A stretch of 64,000 nt of DNA from contig CAMPEQ010000008.1 of the NCBI GenBank assembly GCA_946803585.1, forward strand, positions 141,786 through 205,785, in the 5' to 3' direction. Numbering within the stretch: the stretch's first letter is position 1; every line of letters begins with the position of its first letter. The notes beneath the pieces are model-generated. The model made no database searches and was not told the DNA's origin. It saw nothing but the letters and a program-made list of their open reading frames with translations. A program made the position numbers and the translations under genes. Source of the stretch: an uncultured Actinomycetes bacterium (GTDB lineage: Bacteria > Actinomycetota > Actinomycetes > S36-B12 > UBA10799). Shown one piece after another: positions 31,181-38,679 of the stretch.

Positions 31181-32311
31181 ATGGCGACCGCAGTTTTGCA
31201 CATTGGGACGATGAAGACCGGCACAACGTACCTCCAACAGCTACTGAGCACCAACTCACAACTGTTGGCAGAACAAGGCTGGACACTTCCGGACTTCTTG
31301 CCAGCTAATCATCAGGCTTTCCCGCTCTGTTTCTCGGACAAGACCAGCGACCAGCACAGGACTCGCGGCATGTACGACAGTGCCTCTAAGAACAAGGCCG
31401 CGCTCGACCTGCGGGTTGCGTTGAAGAAGCAGATGAACAGTAGCGCAACTCCCCCCAGCCAACAAAAATGGATCATCTCAAGCGAGCAGTTCACGATGCG
31501 TCTACGATCCCAAGCCGAAATCGCGAAGGCCGTCACGTTTTTCCGGGAAGTGTTCGATTCGGTCTCGGTTGTCGTCTTCTTTCGGCGCGCAGAGTTCATG
31601 CTGCCAAGCGTGCTTTCCCAGCGCATAAAGGATGGGCTCAAGGGCTCCTGGAGTTGGCAGTTTTGTGAGAACCGGCTAGAGCGACTAGACCCGATCCAGA
31701 TCTTTGATGCGTGGTCGGCCGCTGTGGGCGAGGAGAACATAACAGCGGTTCCGTACCTCGAACGCTACAAGTCTGACTCCACCGACTTTCTCGGAGCAAC
31801 CAGTCGAGCGACCGGTATCACCTTCGATAGTCAATGGATAGAACCAGCCCTACTCGAATCAAATCGATCACTCAGTGCGGAAGGGATGGGGTTTATCTCA
31901 CTAACTAACCAGTATGTTCCGCGTCGCGCACTCGATGATCGACGGGCAGCGATCGTCAATCGGCGCCTTAAGAAGAAGATCATGTCAGTAGCTGATCCGG
32001 CACCGTTCGTTCCAGATCAAGAGACACTCGATCGAGTAACCGAATACTGTTCCGAGTCTTGCAACGAACTCGTAGGCCGATTCCCGGAGGATCCGCTGTG
32101 GCAGGCCTGGTTAGACCAGGTCCCGAAAGGAGCGGCCAAGGCCACTCCAACCACACTCACTGCCGAGCGAACCCTCGAGCTCGCAGTTCAAGTCGCCAGC
32201 CCAAACGGCCCTGTCTCGTGGGGCGAGCTCTACGGCGTCCCGCCATCTCGGAAGGAACGAATGCACCGATATTGGGATATCGCCAAGACCAAGGCGTCTC
32301 GTAAGGCGTAG
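31181..32311 (+). CDS. Uncharacterised KTGTT P-loop protein, paralogue 1 (sulfotransferase-like motifs)
   Basis: 376 aa. VLHIGTMKTGTTYLQ, WIISSEQF, VVVFFRRAEFMLPSVLSQRIK, NRSLSAEGMGFI, DPLWQAWL. Aligns full-length with 32321-33436 and 38676-39794. GGGAG RBS 8 nt upstream. Confidence 0.85.
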   Translation: MATAVLHIGTMKTGTTYLQQLLSTNSQLLAEQGWTLPDFLPANHQAFPLCFSDKTSDQHRTRGMYDSASKNKAALDLRVALKKQMNSSATPPSQQKWIISSEQFTMRLRSQAEIAKAVTFFREVFDSVSVVVFFRRAEFMLPSVLSQRIKDGLKGSWSWQFCENRLERLDPIQIFDAWSAAVGEENITAVPYLERYKSDSTDFLGATSRATGITFDSQWIEPALLESNRSLSAEGMGFISLTNQYVPRRALDDRRAAIVNRRLKKKIMSVADPAPFVPDQETLDRVTEYCSESCNELVGRFPEDPLWQAWLDQVPKGAAKATPTTLTAERTLELAVQVASPNGPVSWGELYGVPPSRKERMHRYWDIAKTKASRKA

Positions 32312-32320
32312 CGCTTCGCC

Positions 32321-33436
32321 CTAGCGGCCTCGACCAAGGAGACGTGCTCCACGCAATCGACTCAAGACCCCCGCTTGGGCTACCTCATCACGAGCCGGAG
32401 GCGCGGTCGGTCTCCCCCAATCCATCGGCCCACTCGGCTGTGAAGTAAGTGCCATCACTTCAACAATGCGCTCGGGCGTGATCTCGGGTGTGGCCCCCTC
32501 GTGCCATTCCTGCGATAGCCACTCTTGCCAATCGCAGTCGCCACCGAACTCCTCGATGAAGGAGACATTGGTGCCAGCCACGTTTTCCATCACGCGTTCT
32601 CTTAATTCAGGTGAGAGTCCTAAGGACGCCCCTGGCGTAAGTCCGCCAATCTTGTCGATCAAGTTCCGTCGACGCCGCATGTTCGACTGACCATCGCTAA
32701 TTCGCGGCACGAGTGGATTCACGAGCCTCAGGAACGCAGTCCCCTCGGCACTCAAACCTGGATTCGTTCGGCGACCGCGGGCACTAGCTTCGGTTGGCTG
32801 CAGCAACTCCGTGGGCAGCCCAGCAGCCATAATGAAGTCATTGATAAGGCTTGATTGGGCGCCCTTGTAGTTCTCCTGAAACGGCCGAATAGTAAACGTG
32901 TCGGCGCCAGCGGAAGCCCAGTCCTGACACATGGTGAGGTAGTTGCGCTTTTCTAGCGCGCCGGAAAAGTACTCCCAATCCCAAGCGTCAACCCCGCCCG
33001 CCTTAATCACCTGCGAATACAGACTCGGGAGCATAAAGTCTTGACGGCGAACGTAGCAGAGTAGCTCGATCTCATCAAAATAGGTACGAAAGAAGTCAAT
33101 AACACGAGCCATCCCCGCTGGGTCGCGAACTGTCTTTGTGAAGTGCTCCGTTGAGACAATCCAACGGTCCCTTTCGGGCGCCGAGGCCAAGCCCACCCTG
33201 ATGTCGGCGATCTTCGCATCAGCGGTTATCTGGTCCGTGACTCCGTATAGTCTGTGCCACGAACTTGTGAAGCTGTCGGAGAATGGAAGTGCCATCTCGG
33301 TGTGGTTTGCCCGCGATAGAAACGCTGGGTAGCCCCAGCCGAGCTTGGCTAGGTCTCGACGGTGAGACCGCAGGAAGTGCTGCAAGGACGTCGTTCCGGT
33401 CTTCCCAGTCCCGATGTGCAGCAGTAGTTTCGACAC
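32321..33436 (-). CDS. Uncharacterised KTGTT P-loop protein, paralogue 2
   Basis: 371 aa. LLHIGTGKTGTTSLQ, WIVSTEHF, LLCYVRRQDFMLPSLYSQVIK, NPGLSAEGTAFL, CDWQEWL. Confidence 0.85.
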   Translation of the reverse strand: MSKLLLHIGTGKTGTTSLQHFLRSHRRDLAKLGWGYPAFLSRANHTEMALPFSDSFTSSWHRLYGVTDQITADAKIADIRVGLASAPERDRWIVSTEHFTKTVRDPAGMARVIDFFRTYFDEIELLCYVRRQDFMLPSLYSQVIKAGGVDAWDWEYFSGALEKRNYLTMCQDWASAGADTFTIRPFQENYKGAQSSLINDFIMAAGLPTELLQPTEASARGRRTNPGLSAEGTAFLRLVNPLVPRISDGQSNMRRRRNLIDKIGGLTPGASLGLSPELRERVMENVAGTNVSFIEEFGGDCDWQEWLSQEWHEGATPEITPERIVEVMALTSQPSGPMDWGRPTAPPARDEVAQAGVLSRLRGARLLGRGR

Positions 33437-33533
33437 GAAGAGAGGCTACAGGAGTGCGGCCCCATGGGCCGGATGCGCCACAGCTCGGGGCCTCACGAGC
33501 TAGCCACGCCACCGTACTAGCTAACATAGGCGA

Positions 33534-34847
33534 ATGGTGCGAATTCGCTCTGACTTTGACGCCACGCGTGGCTACTTCCAACGAACATTCCGTGAGCGCA
33601 AGGCGCTAAAGCTGCTGCCCCCCGACTCTGCGCCGGACCACTACCGCGACAAGGAAGTCAAGGTGGCGATCTATTTCGGTAGTGTCGCCAACCTCGCATA
33701 TCAGGTGAACCAATGGCTGGACCCATTCAGAGCGGTACTTGATAAGCACGAGGTCGTCCTGGTGACGAGAAAGCCAACCGCAGCCCTGGAATTCCTCCAA
33801 GCGGGTTGGCCGAATGTTGTCTACCTTAAGAAGTTGTCCGATGTTGATGAATTCATGCATCGGCACCCCATTCAGCTGATGTTCTATGTGAATAACTCCG
33901 GCGCGAACCTAGGCATGCTCGCCTTCCCTGCGACGTTCCATATCTCGCTGGGACACGGCGAGTCAGACAAGACAGCCTCATCAACAAACCAATTCCGCGC
34001 GTACACCTTTGTATTCGTCCCTGGTGAAGCCGGTCGGAGAAGGTTTGCCAATCAACTGTTGGACTTCGACTGGCAATATCGAATCAGGGAGGTAGGCCGA
34101 CCCCAAATTGATACTGAGCATCCGACCCACCCGATACCTGAATCTGATCGGATTAGCGTGCTATACGCGCCCACCTGGGAGGGCGATAAGCCGACAGGGC
34201 GATACGGGTCGACGGCGAGCCACGGAGTCGCCATGGTTTCATCGCTACTGAGCTCAGGACGGTATCGGGTTGTGTTTCGTCCGCACCCGCTGGCAGGTAG
34301 TCTTCTACCAGCCGAGAAGGTTGCGACGCTTGAGATCCAGAAACTACTACTGGATGCCAACAAACAGGACCCCCATGCTCACCATGTGCTGGACGACTCA
34401 CCGTCTTTCGGGTGGCACCTGGCACAGCTCGACATGTGTATTTCTGATATCTCATCGGTTGCATTCGACTGGATGGCCACTGGAAAGCCCCTCATCGTCA
34501 CTGAACCAGCAGCAGAATCAACAATTCCGAGTCCAACCGGAATCTCGGTCGCACTGCCACTCCTCCGCACAGACCAAGCGCAGAATGTGGCGGATATCTG
34601 CCAGACACTGTCAACGGACGGGATGCCAGATTCGTACCGTGATGCGATTCGGTACTACTTCGGCGATACCTCGCCCGGCTCAAGCAGGAAACGCTTCCGA
34701 GACGCTGTAGACGCCCTCCTCGAGGAGCACAGCAGAGCTTTGGTGGCCCGTAGCACGCGCCGTGAGGTGATCGCGGCCACGCCCATTACAGAGCAATTCG
34801 GTCATCCAACCCCACGGAATCACAACCACGAGGAAGACCGGAGCTAG
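33534..34847 (+). CDS. CDP-glycerol/ribitol glycerophosphotransferase-family protein (TagF-like), copy 1
   Basis: 437 aa. LGHGESDK, VLYAPTWEGD and FRPHPL motifs as in TagB/TagF-type polyol-phosphate transferases. Paralogous to 35986-37206. Confidence 0.78.
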   Translation: MVRIRSDFDATRGYFQRTFRERKALKLLPPDSAPDHYRDKEVKVAIYFGSVANLAYQVNQWLDPFRAVLDKHEVVLVTRKPTAALEFLQAGWPNVVYLKKLSDVDEFMHRHPIQLMFYVNNSGANLGMLAFPATFHISLGHGESDKTASSTNQFRAYTFVFVPGEAGRRRFANQLLDFDWQYRIREVGRPQIDTEHPTHPIPESDRISVLYAPTWEGDKPTGRYGSTASHGVAMVSSLLSSGRYRVVFRPHPLAGSLLPAEKVATLEIQKLLLDANKQDPHAHHVLDDSPSFGWHLAQLDMCISDISSVAFDWMATGKPLIVTEPAAESTIPSPTGISVALPLLRTDQAQNVADICQTLSTDGMPDSYRDAIRYYFGDTSPGSSRKRFRDAVDALLEEHSRALVARSTRREVIAATPITEQFGHPTPRNHNHEEDRS

Positions 34848-35896
34848 CTTCGCCACTTCTTGGCTTTACGTTTAAAGCCCTTCTTTACGCGATTTAGGTT
34901 GACTTCTCCCGTGCTTGCCCCCGCAGCATCGTACGACCAAATGACCACTTCCCAGCGTGTTGGAAATACGTGCGTCCGAACCTTCGCTTTTGTCAATGAA
35001 CCACTCACGGTGACATATCGCTGCTTTGTCCACGTTCCCTTCTTCTTGCTGAGGTGACGGTAGCCGATCCGGTAACTCAGAACCCGATCACTGTTAATCC
35101 CGGTGCGTTTCCATCTCGCCACAAGCTTCTTGGGCTTGTGCTTGACTTGGACTTTTGAAGGTGGGCCCGCCTGACGCGGAGCATTCCAACACCCCGTTCC
35201 CTGGCTGTACGCCCAACGGGTACCGAACGGGATCGAGTTCCAGCTCGAGAAGCCGAGAACTGCAGGAAACGTCGTCCCTGAACCATCCACGCACGCCCGG
35301 AGCTCACCCGGGTCATCTGCATCTCGGGTGGGGAAGGGGCCAGTGTCCTTGGTCGCGAAGTGAAGTGAGTTGGAGGTGCACGAATCGCCACCGAAAGTGC
35401 CAATCGGGGTATCCTCGGACACCACTTGGCCGTTGCTGACAAGGATGGAACCTAGATGGACGTAACGGCTGGAGTCACCTCCTCCGTGATCAATCCAGAG
35501 GGAGCCACCGTCACACTTGCTGGCCGGATCCGTGATGTTCGCGATTCCCCCACCAGCTGCATAGACCAATGTCCCGCGGGGAGCGGTGAAGTCCAACGCC
35601 CAGTATCCGTGGTCAGGCTTGCCGCCGCTGATGCAGTTGCTATAGACGCAGCCGATCCTTGCGCTATCACGAAATGGCAAGTAGCGGGGCTTCGTGAAGA
35701 CATCTCCAGGCGGAGTCGTTTCCACCGACCGCGCAGCCGACGCGCTCGGGGGTGCCTCCGGATCCGCCGCGTTCGCAGATGACGTTCCAACAACACCACT
35801 GCCCAGCAGCGCCCCCACGCTTACCAAGGCTCCAAGGACCAGCCAGCGTCGGTTCCCACTTCTCAAACGAACCATGTCAGGAATATCGGCTTGCAT
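34844..35896 (-). CDS. Secreted M23/LytM-like peptidase-domain protein with a basic FN3-like C-terminal domain
   Basis: 350 aa. Signal-like N-terminus (RRWLVLGALVSVGALLGSGVVGTSSANA). LytM-like core HGYWALDF...GTLVYAAGGG...IDHGGGDSSRYVHL...SLHF. The C-terminal ~100 aa are Lys/Arg-rich with a W..Y.I.Y..W FN3-like pattern. Confidence 0.7.
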   Translation of the reverse strand: MQADIPDMVRLRSGNRRWLVLGALVSVGALLGSGVVGTSSANAADPEAPPSASAARSVETTPPGDVFTKPRYLPFRDSARIGCVYSNCISGGKPDHGYWALDFTAPRGTLVYAAGGGIANITDPASKCDGGSLWIDHGGGDSSRYVHLGSILVSNGQVVSEDTPIGTFGGDSCTSNSLHFATKDTGPFPTRDADDPGELRACVDGSGTTFPAVLGFSSWNSIPFGTRWAYSQGTGCWNAPRQAGPPSKVQVKHKPKKLVARWKRTGINSDRVLSYRIGYRHLSKKKGTWTKQRYVTVSGSLTKAKVRTHVFPTRWEVVIWSYDAAGASTGEVNLNRVKKGFKRKAKKWRS

Positions 35897-35985
35897 ACTT
35901 ACAATCCTTAGCGAAAGGCTGCAACTTTTCCTGTTGGCGAAGAGTAACTGCCAGAATCTTTGCGAAGGTCACTCGCACGCCACCT

Positions 35986-37206
35986 CTACAAGCGACCCAA
36001 CGCCTTCAACCCGGCGTCTCGTGTCCGAAGGACGTCCTCGGTCGCATTGCGGAATCGCGTCATTGCCGAACCTTCACCAAAGCAGTACTTCCGCAGATCG
36101 TCGAGCTCCGCCGCCCCCTCGTCGGTGAGCTGACTGTCTAGGAGACCAACGAGGTCAGGACCTGAGTTAGGGGCCCAGCGCGGCAAGTTCGCAGACATAC
36201 TTGTGGAATCAACCAATGCTTGTGGCGAAGCCGGGTCACAAATTACTAGCGGTTTACTCGTGGCCAGCCAGTCGAACGCCACAGCCGATACATCAGTAAC
36301 GCAAAAATCGGCGACCTCGGCCTGCCATCCGAACTCAGCACCTAGATCAGTGAAATGACCGGCTCCGCGATCTTGGGAGGCTGCCGCAGCGATTCTCTCG
36401 GTCAAGGCCTTTACAGCCTTGCCGTAATCCGTCCGGACATCGCCACTAAGGGGATGGGGGCGAAAGATGATTCGTACTCGTCCATCGGCCAAGGCTTCGT
36501 CGATTACATGACGGCCGTGCGATTCAACCGACCCATACGCGTTCGAAGCCCGGTCGCCCTCCCAACTGGGTGCATAGAGCAAGGTGAACTGTTTTGATGT
36601 GGGACCGGCCAAGTTCGATCGCCTCGTTGGAAAATCCACCTGCGGCCGTCCAATTGGGACAAGTCGTTGATTGGCATCAAAATTGATCAATCGACGTCGG
36701 ATACGATCGATGGCTGCCTGACCTGCCACAAAGGCAAAGTCATAGGACTTCAGCTGATTAGACGCCGACACCGCGAGCTTGTCCGACTCGCCGTGACCCA
36801 GGTAGACGTGAGTGACTCCAGGGTGCGACAACATCGCGAAGTTGCTCTTGTGGTGATTTACGTAGAAGACCGCCCGAATGCCGCGCCGCTCGACTAGTGG
36901 ATCAAGCTCAGAGTGCCGCCCTGCGTATTCCACCGGGAGACAAAAATCTGGATCTTTCAGCGCCTGAACTGCAGAATCGGCGCACCGAAAGACCACCTCT
37001 ACGGCGAATTCCTCGCTCAAACTTTTTAGGGGCTCCACCCATTGACGAAGCTGGTACATGTTCTGAGCTGGGTCGCCAAAGTAGACGGCTATGTCGAAAC
37101 GGTCGACCTCCGACGCTTGCTGGCCGCTCAGCCGAGTTAGCTGCCTTCGCGCGGCTCGCTCGCTGATCTTCCGTTTCGCCTCACGAATCTCGGCCGTACC
37201 ACGCAT
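35986..37206 (-). CDS. CDP-glycerol/ribitol glycerophosphotransferase-family protein (TagF-like), copy 2
   Basis: 406 aa. LGHGESDK, LLYAPSWEGD and FRPHPLSG motifs. The start abuts the stop of the upstream synthase gene (37207). Confidence 0.78.
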   Translation of the reverse strand: MRGTAEIREAKRKISERAARRQLTRLSGQQASEVDRFDIAVYFGDPAQNMYQLRQWVEPLKSLSEEFAVEVVFRCADSAVQALKDPDFCLPVEYAGRHSELDPLVERRGIRAVFYVNHHKSNFAMLSHPGVTHVYLGHGESDKLAVSASNQLKSYDFAFVAGQAAIDRIRRRLINFDANQRLVPIGRPQVDFPTRRSNLAGPTSKQFTLLYAPSWEGDRASNAYGSVESHGRHVIDEALADGRVRIIFRPHPLSGDVRTDYGKAVKALTERIAAAASQDRGAGHFTDLGAEFGWQAEVADFCVTDVSAVAFDWLATSKPLVICDPASPQALVDSTSMSANLPRWAPNSGPDLVGLLDSQLTDEGAAELDDLRKYCFGEGSAMTRFRNATEDVLRTRDAGLKALGRL

Positions 37207-38679
37207 CTAATCGTTGCCTTTCCCAACTCCCACTTCGGAGCCTGCTTCCAACTCCGCCGCCGCGAACGGATCCACCCGTCTGACATCGATGATGTGGCCG
37301 GTTTGCTCCGCAAGTAAGACGTCGACAGATGTTGCGGCAACTACTTCGCTCTCCAGAAGACTCCCTGGCGGTTCAACTCCGAAAGCGCTCGTTCTCATTG
37401 GGGTGCCCGTTCGCTCGGGATTGATACAGTTCACCCTCACACCGGCCCGCGCCCACTCGTCAGCGAGTGCCTGCGTTAGGTTCACCAGTCCCGCTTTCGC
37501 AGATGAATACAAGCTATAACTCGCCCTCCCCCGCGTGTAGGAACTAGACGTGAACAAGAGTAGAGAACCTCTGGAAGCCGCTAGGTGAGGGTAGAACTCT
37601 TGCGCGATGAAGATCGGCGCGAGGTAGTTGACGCCAGTTGCGTGATAGATGGTCTCCTCGGATGCCTCAGTCAACGAACCGCGCGGCAACACCCCAGCAG
37701 TATTGACGACGAAGTCAACCCGACCCGTCTGCGCGACTACCGTCTTACAAGCGGCCCGCACATCGTCTCGGTTCTCGACGTGTGTACCAGTCGACGAGCG
37801 CGAGAAGGAGAATACGTCCGCACCATACCCCCGCGCAAGATCAGCAATGTCTCCGCCGATTCCATAAGAGCCACCGAAGACCACGAGCGTCTTGCCAGCA
37901 AGTTCTTTCTCGTACTCTTCGCGGCTACGTCCCTCTGGCCGGTCGTGGCTACCAAGCTGAAACAACTTATCTGCCACAAAGACGTCGATTGGTTCGGTGA
38001 CTTTCATGTTCTGCTCGCTACCGTGAACAACGGCAATCGGAACCTCGGGCAGATACCGGAGCACGACGGTGCAGTCATCGGTCGCCACAAATCCAGGGTC
38101 AGCTGCAGCTTTCGCATATGCCGCTCGGATAACGGAGAGTTTGAAAGCTTGAGGCGTCTGCCCTCGCCGCAGTAGGTGACGCGGAAGTACATCGACTATC
38201 TGCTCAAGGCGGCCGGTCGAACTGTCAGCTGTTCGGGGCTCGTCGACTTGAATGATCGTGTCAGCAGAGGGAATCGCAGTATCGACGGCAGAGTAGGTTT
38301 CGAGCGCCCTAATCAGGTCTCGAATGATTCGCTCAGACAACAGCGGGCGGACCGCATCGTGAAACAAGACATTGCATTCCTGCGCACCCAATGCCTCGAT
38401 CGCACGCTCGGTCGTCCCGTTTCGAGTATCAGCTCCCTCAAGGATCTGGGTAACCTTTTGATACTCGCCGTTCTTCACAATCTCGCGAATCGCATCGAGA
38501 TGCCCCGGCGCCATCATGACGATGATCTCGTCGATCGCGTCGGAGTCCTCTAGCAGCGCAATCGTGTGCTCCACGATTGGACGCCCTGCCACCTTGATTA
38601 GTTGCTTGGGAATGGAAAGCCCGACTCTTGCACCCACGCCCCCTGCCAGCACTACAGCTGCGTTGCGAACCCTACTCAT
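37207..38679 (-). CDS. Fused IspD/TarI-type cytidylyltransferase + SDR reductase (Bcs1-type CDP-ribitol synthase candidate)
   Basis: The N-terminal half has AVVLAGGVGARVGLSIPKQLIKVAGRPIVEHT. The C-terminal half is a classical SDR (VFGGSYGIGG, NTAG, YSSAKAG). I chose the ATG at 38679, which forms an ATGA overlap with the upstream stop. The track ORF extends to 38736. Confidence 0.8.
   Translation of the reverse strand: MSRVRNAAVVLAGGVGARVGLSIPKQLIKVAGRPIVEHTIALLEDSDAIDEIIVMMAPGHLDAIREIVKNGEYQKVTQILEGADTRNGTTERAIEALGAQECNVLFHDAVRPLLSERIIRDLIRALETYSAVDTAIPSADTIIQVDEPRTADSSTGRLEQIVDVLPRHLLRRGQTPQAFKLSVIRAAYAKAAADPGFVATDDCTVVLRYLPEVPIAVVHGSEQNMKVTEPIDVFVADKLFQLGSHDRPEGRSREEYEKELAGKTLVVFGGSYGIGGDIADLARGYGADVFSFSRSSTGTHVENRDDVRAACKTVVAQTGRVDFVVNTAGVLPRGSLTEASEETIYHATGVNYLAPIFIAQEFYPHLAASRGSLLLFTSSSYTRGRASYSLYSSAKAGLVNLTQALADEWARAGVRVNCINPERTGTPMRTSAFGVEPPGSLLESEVVAATSVDVLLAEQTGHIIDVRRVDPFAAAELEAGSEVGVGKGND

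Noticed and set aside
35897-35985. Cyclic-di-AMP (ydaO-type) riboswitch upstream of the M23-like peptidase, as is often seen before actinobacterial cell-wall hydrolases.
   Set aside because: The gap is only 89 bp, which is shorter than that riboswitch class, and I see no recognisable pseudo-symmetric structure. An Infernal scan would settle it.
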